Shown piece after piece: positions 12,254 to 25,400 of a DNA stretch of 64,000 nt. Below the pieces are notes generated by a model. The model was not told the origin of the DNA and ran no database searches. It saw only the letters and a list, made by a program, of their open reading frames with translations. The position numbers were made by a program, and so were the translations under genes. The first letter of the stretch is position 1, and every line of letters begins with the position of its first letter. The stretch comes from Octopus sinensis (taxonomy: Eukaryota), in contig NC_043006.1 in assembly GCF_006345805.1 (NCBI RefSeq), positions 60,016,001-60,080,000 on the forward strand. The letters run 5' to 3'.

Positions 12254-12267
12254 CACACATATATATA

Positions 12268-12302
<35 letters not shown>

Positions 12303-12369
12303 CTTTGATACTTTGATAGGTTTCGGCCATTATTGGCCCAGGCCATGTCTAACTTAATAGCACCACCTG

Positions 12370-12431
<62 letters not shown>

Positions 12432-12438
12432 TATATAC

Positions 12439-12548
<110 letters not shown>

Positions 12549-12989
12549 CCTATACACATACACACACAAACACACATATGCTACATGTGCTTTTCCAGTA
12601 TCTTTTATCATATTTCTTCTCTACCACTCTTTTATGGACATTTCTGTAGTATCTGAAAAAGTTCGAAACTTCTACTCTTTCTGTTCTCCCTCGAGTAGCA
12701 ACCTGCTTGTGTAATTTTGTGTGTAGATGAACCGAGATATTTTGTCCTAAGCAAAAAAAAACAAACAAAACAAACAAACAAAAATATAATCAAAACAAAA
12801 AAAAAACAAAACCAACCAACAAAAAAAGAAACCGCATGAGCTATTTAAAGATGGTGCAAACTCTTCTGGTAGTGACTAAGGCTCTCGCAATCTTAGGAAC
12901 CCTTCTGTATCTTCAACAGGTATCTCAGTGTCACAAACTTTTCTTTCCTCAGCTGCTTTGCTTCCACTGAAGACAGAATTAGCTTTCAT

Positions 12990-14450
12990 TTACTGTAGAG
13001 TTCCATCTCTGATCTCTTGGCAAACTCAACCACTTTGTGCTTGTCTCAGCTTCTATGGCTATCTTGCCATTACCTTCCTTGAGGTGTTTTGGGCTCTACA
13101 CCAAAGTTCTGCAAAAAATATCGCACTAAACTATGTTGGGAAATCGCGACAGCCGACTTCAGTGAAGAATGATACTGCGTGCTATCCTTTGATAAAAACT
13201 TTATCAATCAAGTTCTTTGGTCAAGGTATTTGTTTTCTACAATTAAAGAGAAATGTCTAGTCTGTCTTCCCAGAGTATTGTGAGTCCGCCCAAGATGACC
13301 GTTTTGTGCTCCTGGATACAAGGAACATGTCGGTTCAGGGCAAATATTACTGTCGTTTCTTAGGAGAGATGAGTCTACCCTTCCGTTTCACTTGCATATC
13401 CCAATCAGAGTCGAGTCTTGATGCAAGATAGAAAACAGGTCCCTAGCAACTGATTTTGCTCTAGGTGCCTTATTACCTTTCTTTAGTGGTCCGATACTTT
13501 TGAGTAGTAATTCCTGCCGCTAGTTGTTCTTAATTCTTTGCAAGTTTATTCACTTCGTAATTTTCGACAAGACGTTATTTTGTATCACTCTTTTCAATTG
13601 TTTTAGATCATCAAAATGTAGTTCAGAGTGAAAATTATTGCTCCGAGCACCTTACAGGATGGATATTCTTTTTGTCCTATATTTTAAGGTTATTTCGGAT
13701 CTGCAACTGAAGGAAGAATAATTAGCCAGGTCTCCTCTCAGGGTAGGTATAACCAGGGAGCATTGTTCCACTGTAGACATTGTTCTTAGCAGGTAAGTCG
13801 CTTTTACACGGCGATTTTACTCTGTTGAATCTCAGATCCACTGCTCTATTTCTACACCTTTTGTTACGAAGTCATAGCTACCGTGACTAACTACAGGCAA
13901 CAATATCCAGGTACTTCCAATACGTTTCTGCTTCCTTTACATTCCCCTGTGGCTTCCACTTCCTGCCGAACTCTAGAACTTCCCATTTCTGGGGTGTCTG
14001 GCCTTCTGTTGTTCTTAACTAGAATCAATATACTGACTGCTTTTACCTTAGGTGTTTTGAATACCTCAGTCACTGATAGAAATAGTAGAGGTTTTGCTGT
14101 ACAGGCATGTAAAGCTGGAAGTTGGGAAGGTTGGAGAACACCTTGCCATCATCAAACGAATTTATCGCCCAATCTTTCAATGGCCTTCACCTGATTCATA
14201 GGACAGTCATAAAGCAGGAACAGTCACTGCTGTCTGGTTATGGTGCCACATTGGAAGCATCATATCTTAATTCTTCCAAATGCCGATTTTGTCAACTACA
14301 CAAAGTCAGTTGTTTCGTTGAGTTTTAATATTTTTGGCGTTGCTGTTGCCCTTCAGGCTATCATTATAATTCTCTTCAAAGCATTAGACTGCTTTTTCCC
14401 TGAATAGTTGAATAGTCAGGGTTCGAGATTTCCTTGGGTTGAATTTCATA
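12990..14450 (-). mobile_element. R2-superfamily (HERO-like) non-LTR retrotransposon, decayed 3' part with restriction-like endonuclease
   Basis: DSDWDMQV..DMFLVSRSTK, VILGGLTILWEDRLD, TEVGCRDFP; multiple stops and frameshifts. Confidence 0.7.
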
Positions 14451-14702
14451 AATGACCACGCAGCACTTTTCTAGCGAGCTGAGAGTCTGCCGTATTTCTT
14501 TGGTGGTGTTATGGATGTTGCATTATCCATGAAGACCTTACAGATTGGATGCCTTAAATGTAAATATAAATATACACGTTGCACTCTTGATAACTTGCCC
14601 TTTGAATAAGAACAAGTTGATGCAGGTAGTTCATCACGTCCCACTCCGACTTTTAGTTTATGCAATTGAAAAAACCTTCGGATTACCCAATATATATATA
14701 TG

Positions 14703-15007
14703 TGGAGGCGCAATGTCCCAGTGGTTAGGGCAGCGGACTCGCGGTCGTAGGATCGCGGTTTCGATTCCCAGACCGAGCGTTGTGAGTGTTTATTGAGCGA
14801 AAACACATAAAAGCCCCACGAGGCTCCGGCATGGGGTGGTGGCGATCCCTGCTGTACTCTTTCGCCACAACTTTCTCTAACTCTTTCTTCTGTTGGCCTG
14901 CTCGCTTAGCCAGCGGGGTGGCGTCATTTGAAGGCTAAAACAATGCGAAACGCATTGTGACCAGCGATGTGTAGCAACATCTGATAGCCTGGTCGGTGAC
15001 GGTGACG

Positions 15008-15010
<3 letters not shown>
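14703..15010 (+). mobile_element. tRNA-derived SINE family C
   Basis: GGAGGCGCAATGTCCCAGTGGTTAGG..GGTTTCGATTCCC (A/B boxes), tail (GGTGAC)n then (TA)n. Confidence 0.75.
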
Positions 15011-15090
<80 letters not shown>

Positions 15091-15380
15091 TGTATGAGTG
15101 TTTATAGATGTGCATATGTGTGCACGCACGTGTGTGTGTGTATGCTTGTGTAGCTTTGTGTGTAGGTGAAATAAACATTCAAATTCCTTTTCTATAAGCA
15201 GAAAACCTGCAGGAGCTACTTAACTATGTTGCAAACTCTTCCGGTGGTGAGTAAATCTATATCAGTCTTAGAAATCCTTGTATACCTTCAACAGGTATCT
15301 CAGGGTATTTTTGGGTCAAACAGAAGTCTCCATATATTTTTGAATCATTGTGTTATTGCGTTCTATACCATATGCACTAC

Positions 15381-15451
15381 GGGCATATGGCGTAGTGGTT
15401 AAGAGCGCGGGCTACTAACCCCAAGATGCCGAGTTCGATTCCAGGCAATGA

Positions 15452-15510
<59 letters not shown>

Positions 15511-15700
15511 TAATAATAAATTAATAATAATAATAATAACAACAACAACAACATCGAAAAATAAACTTAGGAATGAGAACCCAGGTTCGAAATTTCCCCC
15601 AAGAGACCTGATGAAGGCTGGAGGGTATATCAGCCGAAACGTTGTGTTAACTACAAACAAGATGAGGACAAATATCCATCAATTGTAAATAATGCAAATA
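15381..15700 (+). mobile_element. tRNA-headed SINE-like element with (AAT)n spacer and 3' hammerhead motif
   Basis: A box TGGCGTAGTGG (15388), B box GAGTTCGATTCC (15431), (AAT)n/(AAC)n tract, hammerhead core at 15608-15648. Confidence 0.75.
15603..15648 (+). ncRNA. Minimal type I hammerhead ribozyme motif
   Basis: GAGAC-CTGATGA-A-GGCTG-GAGGGTATAT-CAGCC-GAAAC-GTT-GTGTT; stem II GGCTG/CAGCC, palindromic AACGTT stem III, stem I with one mismatch. Confidence 0.75.
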
Positions 15701-16027
15701 ACGTAAGGTATAAGAAGTCATGAGAAAACACACCATCTGTGAATCTGTAAATATAAAGTTGGCGGTAGGGGTATTAACTCCGATTTATATAGCATTGAGT
15801 TGCACCGTTGCGCTCCTTGGATTGTCAATAATTGCTATGAAGGACACACGGACACACACACACACAAGTATATGTTTGGGTGTGTATATCCATAGAGTTA
15901 CATATATCAATGTTTATTTTCGCTTCAATTTATGCATCTAAAAATAGCATTAAACTTTGAAATCACTGTTAATCATTGTTTTGTGAAAGCTAACAGATAT
16001 ACATGCATATACACATACATATGTCTG

Positions 16028-16069
<42 letters not shown>

Positions 16070-16074
16070 GTGTG

Positions 16075-16105
<31 letters not shown>

Positions 16106-16208
16106 ATAGCGTACACGCGTCTGCTGTTTCGAATCGTCACAAGAACGAAGAACAAGAAGTGCTACTGGGATGGATTTGAGTATGGCAACACCATATTCAC
16201 ATGAATTA

Positions 16209-16414
16209 TTCTTTTATTTGTTTCAGTCATTTGACTGTGGCTATGCTGGAGCACCGCCTTTAGTTGAGCAAATCGACCCCAGGACCTATTTTTTGTAAGC
16301 CTAGTACTTATTCTATCGTTTTTTTTGCCGAACCGATAAGTTACGGAAAACGTAAACACACCAGCATCGGTTGTCAATCGATGTTAGGGGGACAAACACA
16401 GTCACACAAACACA

Positions 16415-16485
<71 letters not shown>

Positions 16486-16647
16486 CGGGCTTCTTTCAGT
16501 TTTCTGTCTACCAAATCCACTCACAAGGTTTTGGTCGGCCCGAGGCTACAGTAGAAGACACTTGCCCAAGGTGCCATGCAGTGGGACTGAACCCGGAATC
16601 ATGTGGTTCGTAAGCAAGCTACTTACCACACAGCCACTCCTACGCCT
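16209..16647 (-). mobile_element. SINE family B copy
   Basis: reverse complement of the 8565-8978 consensus. Confidence 0.85.
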
Positions 16648-18010
16648 ACGCTTGTTCACATTTTGTTTCAATGCATGATGTTCCCAGAAGTAAAAAAAAA
16701 AAGACTAACAAAAGAATAAGGCTTCAATAATACTAGTGAAAAACGATAAAGCTAACTTTTTATTATACAACTAGTGCAAACATGCCACAAATCTTATATG
16801 TCAAGTGTTAATACTTGTGATCAAATTATCAATTATATTTCTAACCTTTGATAATCAATATCGCAAAATATCGAGATAATAATAAACCTAGAGATAAAAA
16901 GATAGAGATTATTAATTAACGTGAAAATTAGGCCTCAACAAAGAGAATTTAGACTTTTGATATTGCACAGTCTGGGTTATTGGTCTGGTGTACTGTTGAT
17001 ATGCTTCAGTTTAAATTCGCCCCGTATGTCGAAATCTTACACACACCAGAACCGAGTGGTTTAAATTATGTTTTGGTTGCTTGCAACCTGTATTTTATTA
17101 AAATATATTGAAAATTATTCGCAAACTAGAGGGTTAATCGTCATGTGACAGGTAATTTTGGATGCATATTTTTTTACCACCTTTAGTAATGAAATATGGC
17201 AAACATAATTGACTTTTATCAAATTTCTTGATGTTTTACTTAAAATGATGAAATAAAGAACTAACTTTTCAGAAGTAAAAATATTTATTACATTAAAATT
17301 AAATTAAATAAAACAAGAAGCAAAAAGTAATAAGAAATGAAAGCAAGCTTACTATCCGTGTTGATGTTTTATTATGGAGGTTCACACACACACACACACA
17401 CACAACACACACACACACGCATACGCACGCACACGCTCACACGCACACACACGCACGCACACACGCACGCACACACGCACCGCTCACAAACACGCGCCTC
17501 TCCTCTCTCACTATGTATATACAGGCACACATACACATTATTTAGATATATTCCCTCTCTTCCTCGTCCTCTGCCTATGTATCTTACATTAAGTATGATA
17601 CACAAATAGCTGTTTTATGCTTTTGTTTTAAAAATAACTATGTAAGATTAAATAAATAAGATGAAACCACGTTGACTAATTCGGTATTCAAAACTGTGCG
17701 AGTAACTCTAAATCATATTTATTTATCCTGCTTATTTTCTATGCATTCTGTTCTCTGAATGTAGCGCTCCCTGCTCGAAACCATTATTATGCACGCTTTT
17801 TTACAACTCTTTACTTTCTCAGTTCAGATCTTGCTGAGGTTAGCTGTGCTTTTTATCCCTCCAGGGTCGATAAAACAAAGAACCAGTAAATTACCGATTG
17901 TGGTCGATGTAAATGACAAACCGTTTTGCTCTCAAATTGTTGGCCGTGTGCCTAAATCAGAAACCGCTATTAAGCCATTCCTTTTATAATGGAATCGGCA
18001 TATTCTGCAT

Positions 18011-18539
18011 CAGTGGTTTTAAGTCGGGGTCCATATGGTCCTTAGAAGTCCATATAGGATTTTGTTTTTAAAATTTATGTGCAATGTATTGGTTTTACTT
18101 CTAAAAAAATAAATAAATGTGCCCTTTTAAAGCCTAGTCAGGCTTATGGGCCCGGTTTCCCGGTTTCAATGACGTGTGTGTTCCCCAGCTGAACGGGAAG
18201 CCAGTCTATCGCAGTGCTACTCATTTTTGCCAGCTGAGTGGACTGGGACAACATGAAATGAAGTGTTTTGCTCAAGAAAATAACGCATCGCCCGGTCCAG
18301 GAATCGAAACCACAATCTTACGATCATGATGCTGACACCCTAACCTCTAAGCCACGTGCCTCCACAGTTATACTTCTACCTTACACAAAAGGTGTTAATT
18401 TTTTTTTATACAATTCCGAATAATATTTAATTATGAAAATATAATGGAATTTTTTAAAGCCCAAATGGATATGAGAGTCAAGCCGAGTAAAGATATGAAT
18501 CAAAGGGGTCCACGGGTAAAAAAATGGTTGAAAACATTG
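18011..18539. mobile_element. hAT-like MITE interrupted by a V-domain SINE
   Basis: termini CAGTGGTTTT../..GAAAACATTG, 8-bp TSD TTCTGCAT/TTCTACAT (7/8 match). Confidence 0.65.
18110..18366 (-). mobile_element. tRNA-derived V-domain-like SINE
   Basis: minus strand GGAGGCACGTGGCTTAGAGG..GGTTTCGATTCC..GCGATAGACTGGCTTCCCGTT..GAAACCGGG. Confidence 0.7.
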
Positions 18540-18739
18540 TTCTACATCATATAATTCATGCGGAAAATTAAGCCAATAGTCAAATCGGGTGTCAAAGAAC
18601 CAGGAGAGAGAAAGTTTTGCGATTCGTCCCTCGTCAGCTGCAACTATCTAACTGTTGATTTTATTTACAGAAAAAATAGTCACTGTAGCGTTTTCTCATT
18701 GTTAACAACTGGCTTGTGATGTAAGCTTAGTATAACAAG

Positions 18740-19020
18740 TTTTATTTATACATTCTGATAAATTTTTTAAATGGTTTAGTCTGGAGGAAAAGCTGGATGC
18801 GATTGAATTTATCTTTGAACAACTGCAAGTCAACGTTCTCTTGGTAAAATATACTGGAAGAGTAATTCCAGAGGGGAAAATATTTTGAGTAGTAAGCATT
18901 TGGGAATATAGTGGTTAGTTCGGAGCCTGGGGAGGAATGAGACACAATATGAAATAAAAAGGAATAAGTAAGACGAGTGTCTTGTGGACCTCGATGGAAA
19001 AACCTGAGACCCATACTATC
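18740..19020 (-). pseudogene. LINE (L2/Jockey-like) C-terminal remnant
   Basis: YFPLWNYSSSIFYQENVDLQLFKDKFNR resembles the WNxLP..DLQLFKxxINR end motif. Confidence 0.45.
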
Positions 19021-19700
19021 ACGGCAACCGAATCGTTGCTTCAGTTTCCCTACCTACTTTATGCATATCTTACATTAAGTATGATACACAAATAGCTGTT
19101 TTATGCTTTTGCCTATCCTGTGCATCACACATGATGCAGAAGACATATTTCCCTGGCGTCCATTCATTTTGTATGATACACATTTCCAATTTTCTTTCAA
19201 TCAACAGAGTAACTTGGAACTTATGAAAATAAGCTTTATATTACTCAAATCATATGAAACAAAACAAAGTCTGAAAACAAGCATAGGCGTTTATGAAAAT
19301 GCCTTAGACAGATAAAGGGTTAAGTTCATGTTTAGTGCAGTTTGGTAAGTACTCGGCCGGGAGAATCTACGATTCGCGTTTGATTTCTCAACTGAAACTG
19401 TTCTTATCGTCTGGTGCTGCCCGTTCTTGTTTTTCCTTTAGCGTAAAAGATCTGTTTTTATATTGATTAATACATCTTTATTTGTGTTTAAATACAATTG
19501 TGGCTTCTCATCAGAACCATTAAATATCGGATTGGGGGAAGGTCGAATAGTACTAAAAAATTGGAGGACAAAGTTCAGTCATTTGTTGGAACAAACTTCT
19601 CATTTGAGAGACAAGGTAGATAAATTAATTAAAAGAGAGATATGAAGACAAAGACAATACACGAGCACTAGAAAGAGATATGAGTAAATAAAAGAGAGGC

Positions 19701-19735
<35 letters not shown>

Positions 19736-20264
19736 TAGAGAGATAGAGATAGATAGATAGAGGGAGGTAGAGAGAGAAAATCGAGACGAGGAGAAAAGGA
19801 GTACATATTTATATCATATGTTTTGTTATTCATATAGGAAATAACAGTGGAAGCCTTTTTCATAAATTAAATCAAGGTATGTACTTATTTTTATGTCTAA
19901 TTGATTTTTTTAATATTCTTTCATTCATTAACTTACTCATATATCTATTTATTAACCCTTTCCGAAAATAACTTCTCTACACACGCAATATTTACATTTA
20001 TTTACATGATCATGTAAACACAGACATACCCCAACCTTCCTACATTCTGTTATTATTTCATTGGTTTCATACCATTCTAGTAGATTCATTAGAAAATTGA
20101 ATAAAATACCCGTAGTATTTATATATTCATTTGTTTATTTGTTTGTTTGTTTATTTATTTAGTAGCTACACCCGTGAAGAATTCACGGGAAATATAAAAA
20201 AATGTAAGCATCTGTAAATTGTGTGCTGGTGCCATGAGAAATGTTTCTATATTGTGACAGTTAA

Positions 20265-20770
20265 AGGCGGCGAGCTGGCAGAATCGTTAGTACGCCGGGC
20301 GAAATGCGTAGCCGTATTTCGTCTGCCGTTACGCTCTGAGTTCAAATTCCGCCGAGGTCGACTTTGCCTTTCATCCTTTCGGGGTCGATTAAAAAAGTAC
20401 CAGTTACGCACTGGGGTCGATATAATCGACTTAATCCGAATGTCTCTCCTTGTTTGTCCCCTCTGTGTGTAGCCCCTTGTGGGCAGTAAAGAAATAGATA
20501 AATTAAGTACCAGTTACGCACTGGGGTCGATGTAATCGACTTGATTCGTTTGTCTGTCCTTGTTTGTCCTTCGGTGTTTAGCCCCTTGTGGGTAGTAAAG
20601 AAATAGGTATTTTGCTTGTCTTTATGTTCTGAGTTCAAATTCTGCCGAGGTCGACTTTGTCTTTCATCCTTTCGGGGTAGATAAATTAAATACCAGTTGC
20701 ATACTGGTGTCAATCTAATTGACTAGTCCTCTCCCCACAAAAATTTCAGGACTTATGCCTATAGTAGAAA
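20265..20770 (+). mobile_element. SINE family A composite, near-identical to 9628-10165
   Basis: shares unusual variants AATCCGAATGTCTCTCC, GTCCTTCGGTG and TTTTGCTTGTCTTTATG. Confidence 0.85.
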
Positions 20771-22464
20771 AGTATATTGTGACAGTTACAGAATATAAAA
20801 AGAAGAGTTAAACCGATAACTATATAATCCAACCAATATATCTCAGTTAGTCAAACGTAAACAGAATTACTATTTAGCCTTAAAACACATCGAACATATT
20901 CAGAGAACCTTCTTGGTTTAGTGGTACGGAACGTTTTTCTCGTATTCTTTTAATCTTTTACTTCTTTCAGTCATTTGACGGTGGGCAAGCTGGAGGACCA
21001 CTCTTTAATCGAAGAAATTGACCCCTGAACTTATTCCCTGTACGCCTGGCGCTTATTCTATCAGTCTCTTCTGCTGAACAGCTAAGTTACAGAACGCAAA
21101 CGCACCAACATCGGTTGTCAAGCAATGGTGTTCGAGGTGGGGGGGACAAATACAGACACATTCATATATGTGTGTGTGTGTCTTTTAGTTTTTGTTTACT
21201 TATATAGATCAACAAATGCGCCAATTGAACATCTCTGTGTGGTTGTTCAATTTGCTAGAAATAACAGCCAAATCAATCTCATATTATGCACTTTTTAGTA
21301 TTAAGGAAAGGTAGAAAATAGAATTAATATTTTTGATTTTTTTAATGCTTTCAACCATTACTTGATACAAGAAAAAAGAAATTAGACAAATCCTGACCAA
21401 AACAGAGAAATTGTAACTTAACAAAAGTACAGAAAGAGAAAGAAAAAATTGTATTTGAAAACCAAAAGATGTTTTTTTTTTAGCTGAGGTGTAATTGTAT
21501 AATTAAAACAAATTCAAAATTTAAATTTCGGAAAAGGTTATCCGGTGCATAGCCGAATTCAAATGGGTAGAAGACCTAAAACAAATGTTTGTAAATGTGT
21601 GTGGTTGGCCTTTAATAGCCAGGGGTCAATTTCAGTTCAATCGCAGAAAGGAATTCAAAGGAATTCAGCCATTCCCTCTCACTCTCTCTCTTTCTTTCTC
21701 ACTTCCTCTCTCCCTAGTTCGACACACGCGTCAAATTTAAGTATCTTAATTTTCCCGTAGGCATGGGCGTTGAGAAGTGGTAATACAGCATATAGGTAGT
21801 GCTTTCAAATCTCTTCCAGAAATTACAAAAGATCTTGTTAAAAAGTTTTATTTAAGCAACAACATTTCTTTCATCAGTTTCTTTCTCTTAAGCGTGACAC
21901 ACGCGTCAGGTACGTACAAAAAACAAATTGGCGTATTAAAATTATTGATTTATGATGTGTTAGATCCCGAATTCAAATACCGTCCTATATTCTTCGGGAA
22001 TCGCTATACGAATGTAACAGTTTAGAGCAATTTAGAACAGTAGTGGTTTAGAACAGTTGAGAATTCAATAAAGCTTCCCAGATGAAAATAGTAATTACTT
22101 AACACCCCCCTCCCCACCAGTATTTGTAATCCGCTACTTAATTTATGAGAGGCGAAATCGGTCAAGTAACAATAGTTCCGATCTTATTTCCGCTGCTCCT
22201 TAAAGATGACGTTATATGAGATAAACTTCCGTCAGGATAGGATGATACAGATCTATCTCACATTTCTAAAATTATTATCGTTAGAATAACGACTCGAAAC
22301 ATTAAGCTAAAATTAACAGAAATTATTACTATTGTTTATCTGTCAAATCATCCTTGACAGACATGATTCGATCCTATGATTCAATGATCCTATTCTCAAA
22401 TGCATTGCTGCAATAATCACTCCATCATGTTCTTTTGTATCTTTAAGGGTATATTTTCCAAGGA

Positions 22465-22545
<81 letters not shown>

Positions 22546-22678
22546 TTTAGTCGAAGAAATCAATCTCAGGACTTATTCTTTGTAAGCCTGGTCCTTACTT
22601 ATTCTATCGGCCTCTTTTGCCGAACTCCGTTTGTTGTTGTTGATGGTGGTGTTATAGCTGTTTTCTACTGCACAAGCC

Positions 22679-22715
<37 letters not shown>

Positions 22716-24367
22716 TGTAACAACAACAATAATGATTTCTAATAAAGCATAAATCCATAAATTTATGAGCAGAGGATGGCTTGACTCAAGTACTTGAGTA
22801 GTATTTCATTTAATAGACAGTGCAGGAATGCAAAGTTATGTTGACCTCAAGAGAACGTATGTAGAGAACCAAAACAAACACCACAAGGCATTTTGTTTGA
22901 CGTTCTAACGCTTCTGCCACGTAATAATGACAATAATTCTTTCTAATTCTAGAACAAGTCTAGCAATTTTGAAGGGAGTAGACAAATGGGTAACATCAAT
23001 CCTAGTGCCTGGCTGGAACTCTGAAAGGATGAAAGTAAAAGTTTGAATTTCGACAGGATTTGTAATCAGACCATAAAGGGCCGGAAATAATGCTGCTAAG
23101 CACACTTTTACTGAACGCTCTAACGATTCCGTCAACTCACCACATACATAACAACAACAATAATGAAAATAATAATCTTTTCTAGTATAGGCACAAAACC
23201 TGAAAATTTGGAGGAAGTGTATAGTCGATTACATCGGCCATCAGTTCTCAACAAATACTTATTTTATCGACCCCCCCCGGAAGGATGAAAAGTAAAGTCG
23301 ACCTCGGTGGAATTTGAACTCAGAACGTAAAGACAGACGAAACGCTGCGAAGCACATGGTCAGATAATTTGAAGGGAGGGAGGGGAACAGTCTACTATAT
23401 CGAACCCGCATTGGACTGCTACTTTATTTGATGCATCTCGGGAAGCTGAAAGGCAAAGTTGTTCATTACAGGATTTGGAAATACGATAAAAGAGAATGTA
23501 ACTAAATATTTCAAATCGATGTTCTAACAATTTTGCCATTTAATGACCATATAACACAAAATAATATGATGCAATCATAACGTTTTAGCAATGTAATGAG
23601 CTAGGTTTCTTTGTTTGCTTTTATTTGTGAATATACTATTCTATTGTATAATGTTGAGTATACATATCAAAGCAAACGTGAACGTATCATTTTCTGCATA
23701 CTGAAATTAACACTATACGAAGAAGATTACGAAACGGCCGTAATCATATGGAAGTCATATGGCAAATAAATCTTCACCTTTCAATCTTCCTGACTTTTTG
23801 CTTTATATACATACATACTTATACGCAAGCACATACATACATACATACTTATACAGACGAAAATATATATCATAATATAAATAATAATAATAATAATTAT
23901 GATGATTTCTAACTTTCGCGAAACGAAACTCTTTCAATGAGTATAGTACAGAAAAGATATAAAAAATTGACCTAGCTTTAATCTGTTAGTGTCATAAGTT
24001 TATCAATCTGGTGTAGAGAAAAATATAAACTTAATCGAGACTTGAACTAACAAGGCAAATACACGTAGCTAAATGAATTTTATTTCTACTCGGAGTTAGG
24101 ATGAACTTGTTTTACATTCCGCAGAATAACAGCTGTTTTACTTTTCTTGTGCGCCTTTAACTGTAGTTAGATAGCAACAAAATGGTACATTTCTGCTGCA
24201 GTAAAACATCCTGTATATTTTGCAGTATTAACATTATTTTTACTTTGCAAAGAGCCAGTTTTTTTTAATAAACTGTTTGACCCGCTGCAAATGCTTCTAT
24301 AGTTTAAAATATTATCAGTATGAGAATCACTATATTCTTCAAGTTGTTAGTAATACATGTATATATA

Positions 24368-24757
24368 TTCTTTCGCATGTTTCAGTAATTTAACAGTGGC
24401 TAAGCTGGATCACCGTCTTTAGTCAAGCAAACCGACCTCAGGACTTATTTTTGTAAGCCTGGTACTTATTCTATCGGTCTGTTTTGCCGAACCGCTAAGC
24501 AAGGGGACGTAAACACACCAACATCGGTTGTTAAGCGATGGTGGAGGCGACAAACACAGACACACAAATACATACATATATATTTATATAGAAGACGCTT
24601 TTCTTTCAGTTTCCGTCTCTAAAATCCACTCACAAAGCTTTGGTTAGCCCGAGGCCAAAGTAGAAGACACTTGCCCAAGGTGCCACACAGTGGGACCGAA
24701 ACCGGAACCATGCGTTTGGGAAGCAAGATTCTTATTACACAGTCACTCCTGTGCCTA
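24368..24757 (-). mobile_element. SINE family B copy
   Basis: reverse-complement match to family B. Confidence 0.8.
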
Positions 24758-24868
24758 TGTATGTATGTATGTATGTATGTATGTATGTATATGTGTGTTT
24801 ATGTATATATATATATATATATGTATATATATGTATATATATATATGTGTATATATATATGTATACGT

Positions 24869-24927
<59 letters not shown>

Positions 24928-24947
24928 TACACACACACATACACCCA

Positions 24948-25123
24948 TAGGTGCAGGCGTGGCTGTGTGATAAGAGCTTTCTTCCCAACCACATGCCTCA
25001 GGAGTCAGTCCCACTGCGTGGCACCTTGGGCAAGTGTCTTCTACTATAGCCTCGGGCTGACCAAAGCCTTGTGAGTGGATCTGGTTGACAGAAACTAAAA
25101 TCTATCTGTCTATCTATCTATCC

Positions 25124-25203
<80 letters not shown>

Positions 25204-25400
25204 TATGTATGCACGTGTGTCTTTGTGTCCGTATTTGTCCCACACCACTGCTTGACAACAGGTGTTGATGCGCTTATGTACCTGTAACTTAGCACTTTGG
25301 CAAAAGAGAGTAGGTGCCAGTTAAAAAATCTAATAATTACTGCGGTCGATTCATTCGACTAAAAATTCTTCAAGATGGTGCCCCAGCATGGCCGCAGTGT
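24948..25400 (+). mobile_element. SINE family B copy, head-to-head with the previous copy across a (TA)n tract
   Basis: GGTGCAGGCGTGGCTGTGTG..GGCACCTTGGGCAAG.. Confidence 0.75.

Noticed and set aside
15381-15453. Functional tRNA gene
   Set aside because: Poor acceptor and anticodon stem pairing, and it is embedded in a SINE-like unit; the same applies to the other tRNA-like heads.
17750-17790. CTGAATGTAGCG..CTGCTCGAAAC
   Set aside because: Core mismatch and no stem I partner.
17580-19111. 46-bp exact direct repeat at 17580-17625 and 19066-19111
   Set aside because: Too long for a typical TSD and no coherent element between the copies; likely a fragment of a dispersed repeat.
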